Shown: piece by piece, positions 1-9,049 of the stretch
Position numbering within the stretch: the first letter of the stretch is position 1
Layout: every line of letters begins with the position of its first letter
Source of the DNA: a virus
Lineage: Duplodnaviria > Caudoviricetes
Strand: one strand, 5' to 3'
Length of the DNA stretch: 64,000 nt
IMG/VR virus record: IMGVR_UViG_3300033074_000233
Location: 1 to 64,000 of that record
Position numbers and translations under genes: made by a program
The notes under the pieces: model-generated
What the model was told of the DNA's origin: nothing
Databases searched by the model: none
The model's input: only the letters and a program-made list of their open reading frames with translations

Positions 1-1680
1 AGCCGCACCACAGTAAGAGCAGGTGTAGTTGGTTACCCACGCACCCATACTGTAGGAGTTCATTTCCCCATCGAGGATTTTCTGCGCGATAGTCGGATAT
101 TTCGTTCTATCAATCGCAAGTAGTTCGAGGAGTTTCCATACTTTGCCGTTGCCGAAATGATCCATCTTGCGAAGGAAAGCATCGGCGATGACTCCATAGG
201 CTTTCGTATGGTCTTCATTGCAGTTATGCACTATTACCCCGCCCGCAATGTAAGTATGATCTTCCTCAACCTCAAGGTTGTAGACGGTAGTTTTCGACAC
301 ATTCCACTCGATGGACTTAATCGGGACAAGCAGACAGTCCGGAAGCAGAATAACCTGCGACCTACGCGAGTCACCCGAGGTCTTTATCGGCTTAGTTACG
401 AACAAATAATCTCGTAGGGCATAAGCCTCGGACATATTAAGGCCGAGACAATAAGTATCAGCCTTACGTCCATGCTCTCCAGTAACCCCGTCCATATTTA
501 AAGTAGCAGATAGTCCAAGAGAAGCCATCATATGGAACAGGTCATAAGCAAGACGCTTGCTAGAGGTTCTAGCGCGCATACGCTTTCCTTTGCACGACCC
601 GTCACCACTGATAAACGCACCTATAAAAATCTTGAGGCTCTCTTGGTCCCAGTCTCGTATTTCGCTATGCAATTTCTTCGATGCTGAGTATTCACCAACA
701 AGCCTCTTCATTTGGACAGCGAACTTTGTGTCTCTTACGTGGACACTATAAGTTCCGCCGTTCTCGTTCAAGTGAACAGAATACGCAAGACCTAAGTTGT
801 GTAGCGCGTCTTCCACTTTGTCCTGAAGTGTTTCCTCGTAGAAGGACAAAGTAAAAATTGCTGAAACTATCGCACCGGTCTTATCCTTGCGGAAGGAGCC
901 CTCGGCTGCAAACAGACCTGTTAGGAAGGCATAGTCCGGGTTTATCGACTCTTTACCTGAACTAAAGGTCTTCGGTACGACTAAATAATCACCGCGCGAT
1001 AGTTCTGACAGTGGCAGGTACTCAAACGAGTCTTTAGTCAGGTTTGAACGTACTTTGCGCCCGTCAAGAACCTCTTCCCGTTTTGCTACAAGGAAAGGAT
1101 GGTTAGAGGTAGCCTTGATTGTGGGTAGGCCTAAAGCCTTTATCTTCGAGACTTTTTTGTCCTCGTTAATAAACACCTGAGTAACCTTCTGATAAATCCC
1201 TTTATCAGTCATTACTTGGTCATTTTGGCGTATTTTTCGTATCTTTTTCCAGCCCCTGTCTGTGAGAACAAGAGTTGAACCGTCAAAGCAATGCTCGTAA
1301 TGAACCGGCTTGCCTTTGAAAGTTTTGTACGCTTGCATTCCATCCTCAACGCTGAACTCAACCAGCGATTTGAGCGGGAAAGCCACGCCGTTGCGATTAG
1401 GTAGGTCACTAGGTATAGTAATGACAGGAACGAAAAAGTAATCTCTAATGTCGTTGGAGAGGTCATATTGTTTCGCTGCGAAAGGAAGCCAGTTGGTAAT
1501 GTCCAGTTTTTCGTTTACTTTGGTCTTGTCTGCATAGGCAGGCGACACCAGAAGTTGGTCTTTGGAAGCGTGGATGGTCTTACGCTTCAATTCACGGTGT
1601 ACGTCAATAACACCGGGCGTAAAGCCTGCGGCGTCACAGTACACGGCGAAACGGTTTTCATTGATTCGTTGACGTGCCAT
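1..1680 (-). CDS. Putative prohead (capsid maturation) protease containing a LAGLIDADG intein; 3' end runs off the window
   Basis: Not in the ORF track; translated by hand from ATG at 1680 (GGAG SD upstream). MARQRINENR...PNRNGVAFP...FKGKPVHYEH/[intein]/CNEDHTKAYGVI...KILDGEMNSYSMGAWVGNYTCSYCG. His and SMG motifs and position just downstream of the portal fit a phage prohead serine protease. Confidence 0.75.
   Translation of the reverse strand, partial: MARQRINENRFAVYCDAAGFTPGVIDVHRELKRKTIHASKDQLLVSPAYADKTKVNEKLDITNWLPFAAKQYDLSNDIRDYFFVPVITIPSDLPNRNGVAFPLKSLVEFSVEDGMQAYKTFKGKPVHYEHCFDGSTLVLTDRGWKKIRKIRQNDQVMTDKGIYQKVTQVFINEDKKVSKIKALGLPTIKATSNHPFLVAKREEVLDGRKVRSNLTKDSFEYLPLSELSRGDYLVVPKTFSSGKESINPDYAFLTGLFAAEGSFRKDKTGAIVSAIFTLSFYEETLQDKVEDALHNLGLAYSVHLNENGGTYSVHVRDTKFAVQMKRLVGEYSASKKLHSEIRDWDQESLKIFIGAFISGDGSCKGKRMRARTSSKRLAYDLFHMMASLGLSATLNMDGVTGEHGRKADTYCLGLNMSEAYALRDYLFVTKPIKTSGDSRRSQVILLPDCLLVPIKSIEWNVSKTTVYNLEVEEDHTYIAGGVIVHNCNEDHTKAYGVIADAFLRKMDHFGNGKVWKLLELLAIDRTKYPTIAQKILDGEMNSYSMGAWVTNYTCSYCGAA
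223..1290 (-). mobile_element. Contiguous intein (356 aa) with LAGLIDADG homing endonuclease
   Basis: Starts CFDGSTLVLTDRG; block B ATSNHPF; LAGLIDADG motifs FLTGLFAAEG and FIGAFISGDG; ends VYNLEVEEDHTYIAGGVIVHN followed by +1 Cys. Confidence 0.95.
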
Positions 1681-1695
1681 AAATCACTCCAGTAA

Positions 1696-2340
1696 TTAGT
1701 ACACGTTGTTAGGTGTGCCGTTGCCTTGCGGAACTTCTGGCATGGTATCCATGATCTCTTGCCAGTAGTTGTAAGGAACAGTGCGGAATAGAGGCTCGTG
1801 GTAGAAGGCTGCATACGGATCGTTGTTCGTAGGCTTCTTCTGTGGGAAGTTCTTCACCACTTCATTCGGATTGTAGAACGCAGCACCTCCGTCTTTCATT
1901 CGGTCGTAGATAAGAGAAACAACAGGTGTGCTAATCTCATCGCCGAAGTCAACGTCGGTATCCGTGTCTTCGCCTTCTTTGGGTTCGGCAAACAACATGA
2001 TTACCACGTCGCTATTCTTGCCGATAAAAGCCAGCGTGTTATCCACTTGGTAGTATTCGCCGTACTTGGCGTCAGAGTCCTTTTCAACTACCGTGATAAT
2101 CTTCAGGCGCAAGGCTTTTAATGCCGTATGAAGGTACTTAGGAGTCCGAGAACCGTTCATTAAAACGACAATAGGCTTACTGTACTTATCACAGTAAGCC
2201 TTGATCTGCATTACCCTTTTTAGAAGGACGGTCGCGGCGTGTACGGGGTTAATGTCATTGGCAAACACGCCATCAACACCTACCACGTACACGGCTTCCG
2301 TCTTTCGGAACGTCGTGAGTTTTATCGGAACGGCTCGCAT
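1696..2340 (-). CDS. Hypothetical protein
   Basis: 214-aa ORF tightly packed between portal and protease; no motif recognised. Confidence 0.7.
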   Translation of the reverse strand: MRAVPIKLTTFRKTEAVYVVGVDGVFANDINPVHAATVLLKRVMQIKAYCDKYSKPIVVLMNGSRTPKYLHTALKALRLKIITVVEKDSDAKYGEYYQVDNTLAFIGKNSDVVIMLFAEPKEGEDTDTDVDFGDEISTPVVSLIYDRMKDGGAAFYNPNEVVKNFPQKKPTNNDPYAAFYHEPLFRTVPYNYWQEIMDTMPEVPQGNGTPNNVY

Positions 2341-2342
2341 GA

Positions 2343-4238
2343 TTACGTCCCCTGTGGATTGATTCGACCTTTCACGCTGCGAAGAACCGTGTCATAACGG
2401 TTAGGATCGCTAATGCTAGCCAAGCCCTTGGCAATATCAATGTTGGCTTTTTTGTGGGCAGCGCGCTGGTTGTGGATGTATTTCTTCTTGCCTGTTACAG
2501 TGCGACCAACAACTTCAAAGTCCTTCTCGAAGTTACGGGCCAGCAACGGAGTACGCTTAATACCACCTTTGAAACCAATCTTGTGGAGTTCAGCGCGCAA
2601 GGAGGCCTCAGCAGTTCCAGTGTCGTCAACAATGTCACCGCCCTCATCACCACCTTCAATTTCGCTAAAGTCGTAGTCGTTGCCTTCGCCATCACCTTGT
2701 TGCTGGCCACCAACGGCCTGCAGTTTCGCGTTGTACTCCATAAGGCGCTTACGGACAACTACGTCTTCATCCATTTCTTGCAGGATGTTGTCGAGTTGCA
2801 GACCGCCAGCAGCGGCAATCAGACGGATAGGAATCGGGATTCCTTTCTCGGCCATTGCGTCAAGCATTTCCATGGTATCACGGTCAGTGTGTGGCTCAAG
2901 CGACTTGTGCCAACGTACCGTAGGAATAATGTACTTGGAAGCATCGTTGACGCGGAAGTTCAGACCAGCATCGCTGGCATGCTCCTTCATCAACTTGTGT
3001 TGCTGATCCTTGGTGAAGCCGTTGACCGCAGCAATTACCGGGAACAGTTTGTTCGTGAACATTTTATGGGTGAAGTATTCACGATAGGCCTTCAGGTTCT
3101 CGATGAATACTGACAGAGAAACTTCTGCGGTGTTGTACGACTGGTCACCAGACAGGAAGGTCTCGCTAATACCCAACGCGCGCATTTTCAGGCCGTTGAG
3201 AACATCGACCATATCCGTCCACTTCCAGAAGTCACCACCTTGGCGAATCTCAGAAGCGGTAATGGCCTGGCGAGTTGCAATCGTAGCGCCCAGCGGATCA
3301 AGGTCGGCCTGCTGGAACAGTGCAACTAGCGCGGCGAGTTCTTCACCCGTTGGTTCCCAGTTGTCATCACCAGCCTGTACGTGCAGGGAAGAACGCTGAC
3401 GCTTGGACGCTTCGGTGAGCGTTCCGCGAATCATTGTTTTCTCAAGCAGGTAAATAGGCAGAATGCGCTTGAAGTAAGATTGTGGTAGTGGATCGGTCAG
3501 GCTACGACGCGCCATGTACAGCGTCGTAAGCGGATCAAGCGTGTACGAGCCTTCCTTCATTGCAGCCAGCAGTTGCTGTGGAACCAACTTGTGCAGGCGA
3601 GTAATGGCCTCGTCACTGGAGTTCAGGAACTCCTCCATGTCTTTATTCATGTTCACGGTAATAACCGGGTCCATGCTATAGAAAGGCATGTACTGCATTT
3701 CGCAGGTGTCGAGTTTGTACGGCAGCAAGTCCGTGAAGCCTTTTACACGACGATCATAAACCGTAGTAGCCGCAAATTCACCATCGACCAAGTAGCAGGT
3801 ACTGATCTCTGGGTTGATCGACTTAAAGTTCAGGCGATCAATGGCCGAGTTGTACGTATCCAACATTTTGTTGGGCGCACCACTCAAAGTGAAGTTGGAG
3901 AAAGGCAGCGTGGACATTAAGTCCACAGTCGAACCAGAAATGGCGTCGTAGTGATAAATGTCACGATAAAACTTCCGCATCTGCGGCAGTTGGGTGTCGT
4001 TGACAATACCAGTAAGAATTAAATCAAGTTGACCACGCTGTCCAGAGCCAATAGCACTCAAGGACAGGTTGTTCATTGAACTACCGCCACCAGGTGCATT
4101 AAGGTTGGCAGTCTCTGCCTGAGACAAGCCCATAGCCGCGCCACGCTTACGCTCTGGACCAGCGCCGCGCTGATGACTTAGCAGCCTCAATTTCTTTCCT
4201 TCATTTGTTACGGCAACACGGTTCTTTACGCGAAACAT
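2343..4238 (-). CDS. Portal protein
   Basis: 631 aa, between terminase and prohead protease; portal-like segments (FYRDIYHYDAI, ALGISETFLSGDQSYNTAEVSL); acidic/Gly C-terminal linker. Confidence 0.75.
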   Translation of the reverse strand: MFRVKNRVAVTNEGKKLRLLSHQRGAGPERKRGAAMGLSQAETANLNAPGGGSSMNNLSLSAIGSGQRGQLDLILTGIVNDTQLPQMRKFYRDIYHYDAISGSTVDLMSTLPFSNFTLSGAPNKMLDTYNSAIDRLNFKSINPEISTCYLVDGEFAATTVYDRRVKGFTDLLPYKLDTCEMQYMPFYSMDPVITVNMNKDMEEFLNSSDEAITRLHKLVPQQLLAAMKEGSYTLDPLTTLYMARRSLTDPLPQSYFKRILPIYLLEKTMIRGTLTEASKRQRSSLHVQAGDDNWEPTGEELAALVALFQQADLDPLGATIATRQAITASEIRQGGDFWKWTDMVDVLNGLKMRALGISETFLSGDQSYNTAEVSLSVFIENLKAYREYFTHKMFTNKLFPVIAAVNGFTKDQQHKLMKEHASDAGLNFRVNDASKYIIPTVRWHKSLEPHTDRDTMEMLDAMAEKGIPIPIRLIAAAGGLQLDNILQEMDEDVVVRKRLMEYNAKLQAVGGQQQGDGEGNDYDFSEIEGGDEGGDIVDDTGTAEASLRAELHKIGFKGGIKRTPLLARNFEKDFEVVGRTVTGKKKYIHNQRAAHKKANIDIAKGLASISDPNRYDTVLRSVKGRINPQGT

Positions 4239-4251
4239 GGCTATTTACCTT

Positions 4252-4452
4252 TTAGGCGTCTTTGCAGGGAAGCGCAACTCGGTGCTCAAGGCAGACGAAC
4301 GAAGGAATGCCGTTGCACTCAAGCAGACGCATTTGTTTATCGCACACCGGGCAGCAATCCACGTTGTTAATTGAATTGTTGTTGGCCGTGACCTGAGTTT
4401 TAACGCTTGCAACTTCAGGATTTAATGGGTCTAGGCGTTTGATTTTAGACAT
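4252..4452 (-). CDS. Small zinc-ribbon protein
   Basis: 66 aa, CPVC...CLEH; GAGGA SD and promoter-like motif upstream. Confidence 0.65.
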   Translation of the reverse strand: MSKIKRLDPLNPEVASVKTQVTANNNSINNVDCCPVCDKQMRLLECNGIPSFVCLEHRVALPCKDA

Positions 4453-4475
4453 GAGTTATCCTCTTATCTCATGTG

Positions 4476-4487
4476 ATTAAATTAGTG
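4476..4487 (-). promoter_or_regulatory. Recurrent promoter-like motif CACTAATTTAAT
   Basis: Intergenic, 24 nt upstream of ATG 4452; near-identical copies upstream of six other genes. Confidence 0.6.
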
Positions 4488-4489
4488 AA

Positions 4490-6100
4490 TCAATTACGAG
4501 AAAACGTAGAACCTCCGCCACCTCCACCACCCATTACTGCGGCAATTCCCTGTCCACGGGCAGAAGATACCTGTGATCCAGAGAAGCCACCCCCAGCAAC
4601 AATAGCAGCCAGGCCTCCACCTCCGCTGCGTTTCCTTGTCTGTAGGAAATTAAGTACGATCTCATTATCCAACAGAAAGGTCGAGGCCAATACCACAGCA
4701 CGGAATAAATCATCCGTTCTATTTGTTCCCTTCACTACGCTGCGCTTGGAATCCTGTACGGTCAAGCATTGCATTAGCAAGTGGGCCGAAGGCTTGAAGT
4801 CGAAACTATTCGGATAGCCTTCACTGACTGGGCCAATGATTTGTTCCACCGGCATTTCCAGTTTCGGGAAGAATATACGCTCGCCTTCAAGGTAGGAACG
4901 GAACAAAAGGAAATCATCGTACTTGACGGAGTATTGTTCCGTGACCAAGTTCAATTTAACGTCCTTCTTTTTCTTACCGTGAATATCCGTTGTGTCGATG
5001 CCCTTGTTGAAGTCTTCTTCCAATTTATGCAACAGGAATAGGCTGTTCCAACGGTCGGCTACTAGATAACGGACGTTGAAGGCTTTAATCATTTCCTCAA
5101 TACAGAACTTAACCACGGCACTATGGTTAATTACGTTCTCGCCTTTCTTGGGAATAATCTCCATAATGGCGCTGTAAACCACGTTCTTATCTTCGCGGTG
5201 ACCGACAGCGATTGCGAAACTGTTGTCGGAGAATCCAGCGTCGATTGCCATGACGGACGCAGGCTGACTGGACATTGGGTAACACTTAACTTTGGCCGCC
5301 CGGAATATCTTTCCGTCCGCGTTACGTCTGTGGATATATTCATAGTCTACCTTGTTCTTAACTAGAGTGAAGGCCTTGTTGACAACTTCCTCGTTGCCAA
5401 TGAAGGGTGCTGCGGTGAGCGGAGGTTCAGCGCCATAGTCACGCGCAGCCGTCAGCGGACTACTGCTAAAGGCATTGGCGATCTCAGGATGCTTACGTGG
5501 GAACTTCGGGTTGATTTCCCAAGTAGGTGCGTGAACCGCAAGGATGGTTTTGCTATGCCTGTTGTTAGTCACCAACTGCATGATTTTATCTTGCACGTCG
5601 GATGGACTGGATACGTTCAGGGCGTAGGCAGAAGGCAGGTTGTTGTAACCCTGTTTCATCAGGTCGTAAGACGCGCCGCGAACGGTTAGCAGTGAACGGT
5701 CTAACGCCGTGTAAATGCCGTCTGCCGAAATGGTGATCTTGCCTGAGGCGTTCGCACTGGCATCGAACCAACCAAGTTCGTCGATTGCGTAGATATAACG
5801 GGTACGACCACGCAGGGTACGTTGGTTAGGAACGGACGGATACAGCATCAGTTTCCGGTGACGGTAACTAATGTAGGTGTCCATCTGCTTGTACAGTTCC
5901 TCACCGTACTTGTTGTTGTAGTGCTTCATCAGTTTGTGGTATTCACAGTTATGAACCTGAATACCATTGGCATAATAATTATGGTGGTCCTTTACCTCTA
6001 TGTCATAGACGTGCCTAGTACCTACGGGTTTTATGGAAGTCACCCTAGACACCCGTATAGGCTTACCGTCAATGATAACCTCTTGTACACTAGCATTCAT
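4490..6100 (-). CDS. terL: Terminase large subunit, C-terminal fragment, preceded by split-intein C-half
   Basis: First 51 aa are IntC (VYDIEVKDHHNYYANGIQVHN/C); then LRGRT, Walker B YAIDELGWF, motif III SSP, RNase H-type nuclease acidic motifs MAIDAG, ADRW, TDDLFRA. Confidence 0.9.
   Translation of the reverse strand: MNASVQEVIIDGKPIRVSRVTSIKPVGTRHVYDIEVKDHHNYYANGIQVHNCEYHKLMKHYNNKYGEELYKQMDTYISYRHRKLMLYPSVPNQRTLRGRTRYIYAIDELGWFDASANASGKITISADGIYTALDRSLLTVRGASYDLMKQGYNNLPSAYALNVSSPSDVQDKIMQLVTNNRHSKTILAVHAPTWEINPKFPRKHPEIANAFSSSPLTAARDYGAEPPLTAAPFIGNEEVVNKAFTLVKNKVDYEYIHRRNADGKIFRAAKVKCYPMSSQPASVMAIDAGFSDNSFAIAVGHREDKNVVYSAIMEIIPKKGENVINHSAVVKFCIEEMIKAFNVRYLVADRWNSLFLLHKLEEDFNKGIDTTDIHGKKKKDVKLNLVTEQYSVKYDDFLLFRSYLEGERIFFPKLEMPVEQIIGPVSEGYPNSFDFKPSAHLLMQCLTVQDSKRSVVKGTNRTDDLFRAVVLASTFLLDNEIVLNFLQTRKRSGGGGLAAIVAGGGFSGSQVSSARGQGIAAVMGGGGGGGSTFSRN
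5948..6100 (-). mobile_element. Split intein C-half (IntC, 51 aa) of terminase
   Basis: Blocks F and G ending His-Asn; +1 Cys at 5945-5947. Confidence 0.95.
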
Positions 6101-7283
6101 TTAGGCGCTCTCCTTTTTCTCCCATAATAAGGAGAGTGAATTTGTAGCCTTGTTTTCTGCAGGCCTGACGTTTCGCTCCTAAGGATTTAGCAACACTTGC
6201 GGTATAGGAACTCTTAACTTCTATTATTCGATTTTGAGAAACTACAAATATGTCAGGATGATAAATACGATCCTTACCTTTCCAGGTATATTTAATCGTA
6301 GGCATGTCTGACTCAAATCCACAACGTATGTCCTTAGGCTTTACGCCTTTTGTTTTTATTATGTAGTCAAGAGCCTGCGGCTCATAGCCCTGTACTTGTA
6401 CCTTTCTCTTTCCAAGATTATAGGCCTTAAAGGTGTAAGCACTTTTTAGGTTCTTCTCTAGGATCTCTTTATTCTGTAAGGCGTAGTCAACGCCGTAGCG
6501 TTCGCGCATAGTTGCTCGGCTTTTTGCCTTAACCTCAGGTCTTTGGTTGCTGTACTCTACTCCGTATTTACACATAGAGTTAAACCGCATTTTATCCGGA
6601 GCACACTTAGGACAGCCAGACTTTTTTAGTAGGTTTCCGGGCAAAACTTTCCAGGTATGACTACATACAAGGCATTTTGCCTTAGTGTATTTGTTCATGC
6701 CTGGGTAGCCACCAACAAGACAAATTTTCCTTTTCTTTAGTTTTGCCCTTCTATAAAAAATAGCCTCAGGCATTAGTCTAGCCTTAGATATCCTTTCACC
6801 CACAACGCACACGCAACTTATATTTCCGGTTATTAGTGCTTTTGGGCTAGCTCCTTTCTCCTTGCCACAGAGTAGGCAGGCTACACGAAAACGAGAGTCC
6901 GTTTTCTTAGATATAAGGCGAAAGTTTTTATTTTTCTTGAGTGCCTTAGTTACAGATACAAAGGTAGCGTTATGCCGCTCAATCCAGCCTTTACTCTGCG
7001 TAACCCTATAAACACCGGTGCATTTTAAGGAACAAGTCTCATTAAACGGACTGTCTGGATTGTCGCGTCTGTTAGTAGAAAGTTTCGTAACCTTTTTTCC
7101 GCATACTTTACACTCCGGATAGCCATTATCAACTATATAAGCAGCAGCCTTCAAAGGCAGAGTTTTACATAAACTTTCTAGGCGTTTGGCTACCTTCTCC
7201 TCAAGAAAAGGTCTTATGGCCTTGAGGCTTGGAGTACGTCCTGTAGTTGTACGCTGTTCTTCGAGTGCAGAGATAAGAGTCAT
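6090..7283 (-). CDS. Free-standing putative homing endonuclease (Zn ribbons, KYGV-type repeats, PD-(D/E)XK domain) between the terminase halves
   Basis: Multiple CxxC; KYGVEY/RYGVDY repeats; C-terminal VQGYE...YHPDIF...IIEVKS; AT-rich codon use unlike flanking genes. Confidence 0.85.
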   Translation of the reverse strand: MTLISALEEQRTTTGRTPSLKAIRPFLEEKVAKRLESLCKTLPLKAAAYIVDNGYPECKVCGKKVTKLSTNRRDNPDSPFNETCSLKCTGVYRVTQSKGWIERHNATFVSVTKALKKNKNFRLISKKTDSRFRVACLLCGKEKGASPKALITGNISCVCVVGERISKARLMPEAIFYRRAKLKKRKICLVGGYPGMNKYTKAKCLVCSHTWKVLPGNLLKKSGCPKCAPDKMRFNSMCKYGVEYSNQRPEVKAKSRATMRERYGVDYALQNKEILEKNLKSAYTFKAYNLGKRKVQVQGYEPQALDYIIKTKGVKPKDIRCGFESDMPTIKYTWKGKDRIYHPDIFVVSQNRIIEVKSSYTASVAKSLGAKRQACRKQGYKFTLLIMGEKGERLNEC

Positions 7284-7295
7284 ATTGATACCTCA

Positions 7296-7325
7296 CGTTG
7301 TTACACTTAAATTAGTGTAACAACG
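7296..7325 (-). promoter_or_regulatory. Perfect 12-bp inverted repeat enclosing the promoter-like motif, directly upstream of the endonuclease SD
   Basis: cgttgttacact-taaatt-agtgtaacaacg; motif at 7306-7317; SD GAGGT at 7290-7294. Confidence 0.75.
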
Positions 7326-7331
7326 CAAAGT

Positions 7332-8429
7332 TTACAAGGTAACAACTAAGTCATCTTCCGTTAGTTCTGAGACTTTTTTCCAGATAACCGTAGTCCTATC
7401 CTCAGATAAACACCGAACTTTGTGTTCGTCTGTCGCCACTAGCACCTGACCCGAGTCTAAAACTATTTCTTTGCACTCCTGTACCCCATTATCGAACAGG
7501 TGCTCTACTTTATTTGAGCCTTCGAAGGTAGCAACGCGCATACCAGGCTTAATGTATTCAATCGCTAGGGTGGTACCATCTTCTATAGTTATCTGAGTTC
7601 CTTCTGCAATGCAATACCACGTACTGTCGGCAATAGCATCAACAATCGGTGTCCACAACAGTTCCACTGCACCAGCAAAGTTCAGCGAAACGAACGTAGC
7701 CGTCAAGGTCACGTTAGATAGGCCGGTGAACATTTCTGCTGGACGCTGTAGTTTGAGGTATCTGTGGTTGATGTAGGCAACCAAGAAAGAAGTGAACAAG
7801 GACTTACCAGAACGCTGACCCGCACAAAAGGCCAACTCGGAGTAAGGCTTGAGGAGTTTCTTTTTGACAAACTCGCGCTTGGTTCCTTTGCACTTAGGAC
7901 ATACTCCGTGTTCCATGAGTTGGACAACATCAGGGAAGTTCTTCGCCTGAAAGCCAACGGGAATGTTACGAATGTCCTTCATCACCTTGCCCTTAGTACA
8001 AACAGGGCAATACTCGCCAAATAGTTTCAGCGCAATCCACATCTGTCTAGCAAAGGGCTTAATACCAGTGAAGCCCCACGTCCGATCAAAGCAAAAAGCC
8101 CAAAAATTGGGCATAGTTGGGATATCTCTGTCGTCCACTTTCAAGTCTTTTGGAACCGGGGTCTCATCATCCAAGACCTCATCCAGCACCTTCTCTAGGT
8201 CTAGTTCCTTTCTCGCTAGTTCCTTGCTATCCTTCAAGGCGAAAGGTGAAGGTGCGTATCCTGTCGTAGAATCAATTTCTCCGCCATCCTTGAACGGAAT
8301 ACCGTTAGCATCCACGATTGAGATTTTGTGGGCACCCATAGGCGACCACTTTTCACACTTGTATTCGGCTCTTTTATTTGCGTAAGTACACTTCAGGAAC
8401 TTACCACAAGATAGGCAACTGTCACTCAT
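7332..8429 (-). CDS. terL: Terminase large subunit, N-terminal fragment, ending in split-intein N-half
   Basis: Adenine-binding PFARQ, Walker A AGQRSGKS, Zn-finger inserts; last 93 aa are IntN (CIAEGTQIT...ATDEHKV...) then TAA. Confidence 0.9.
   Translation of the reverse strand: MSDSCLSCGKFLKCTYANKRAEYKCEKWSPMGAHKISIVDANGIPFKDGGEIDSTTGYAPSPFALKDSKELARKELDLEKVLDEVLDDETPVPKDLKVDDRDIPTMPNFWAFCFDRTWGFTGIKPFARQMWIALKLFGEYCPVCTKGKVMKDIRNIPVGFQAKNFPDVVQLMEHGVCPKCKGTKREFVKKKLLKPYSELAFCAGQRSGKSLFTSFLVAYINHRYLKLQRPAEMFTGLSNVTLTATFVSLNFAGAVELLWTPIVDAIADSTWYCIAEGTQITIEDGTTLAIEYIKPGMRVATFEGSNKVEHLFDNGVQECKEIVLDSGQVLVATDEHKVRCLSEDRTTVIWKKVSELTEDDLVVTL
7335..7613 (-). mobile_element. Split intein N-half (IntN, 93 aa) of terminase
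   Basis: Block A CIAEGTQI; block B TDEH; acidic end SELTEDDLVVTL. Confidence 0.95.
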
Positions 8430-9049
8430 TATTTCCTCACATCAGGCTTGAAGTATTTTTCTATCAGTACCTGGCGCAAGGCTGGTGTTAATTGGAGTTT
8501 GGTGCATAGGAAGTCGAAGGTCTTCAACCGTATTGCATCCTGAAACATAGTCTGCATAAGGCTAAAGGACATTTCCTCGACCTCAGACTCTGTAATCAGT
8601 GCGACGGTTTGACGGGCACGTTCTACCGCGTCACCTAATGCTACCTCAATGGGTGCGACTTCTTTGATGAAGAATTGCTCGATGGAATCCATGTGACCCT
8701 TAAGGTCGCTGACAAACTCAGCACGAATACGCTTGTCCACTTTCACCACGTCCGAGACCAACGTGGCTACCTTCTCCTCTTCGGTTTTGAGCGCAGACTC
8801 CCAGTCCCTTCTCAAGGATTCAAGTGTGCGCTCTTCCTTTCGGATAAACTTGTTGCTGATATTACGCCGTACAAGTACGGGATTACTTACGTCTAAGACT
8901 TCTGCTTTCTTTACTGGCTTCTTAACCCGAAAGAAAGAAGGCTCGAAGTCCTCACCTACTCCATCGTACATGCGATCATCTACGGCAAACTTGCTGGACC
9001 TTTCATTACCTGTTATTGCTCCGAAAGGTAATGTCTTTTTGTCAACCAT
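8429..9049 (-). CDS. Hypothetical helical protein
   Basis: 206 aa, coupled to terminase N-fragment by a TAATG overlap. Confidence 0.7.
   Translation of the reverse strand: MVDKKTLPFGAITGNERSSKFAVDDRMYDGVGEDFEPSFFRVKKPVKKAEVLDVSNPVLVRRNISNKFIRKEERTLESLRRDWESALKTEEEKVATLVSDVVKVDKRIRAEFVSDLKGHMDSIEQFFIKEVAPIEVALGDAVERARQTVALITESEVEEMSFSLMQTMFQDAIRLKTFDFLCTKLQLTPALRQVLIEKYFKPDVRK

Noticed and set aside
6090-7331. Group I intron explanation for the terminase and polymerase interruptions
   Set aside because: There is almost no non-coding space for a ribozyme core; both fragments have their own stops, starts and SDs plus complete intein halves.
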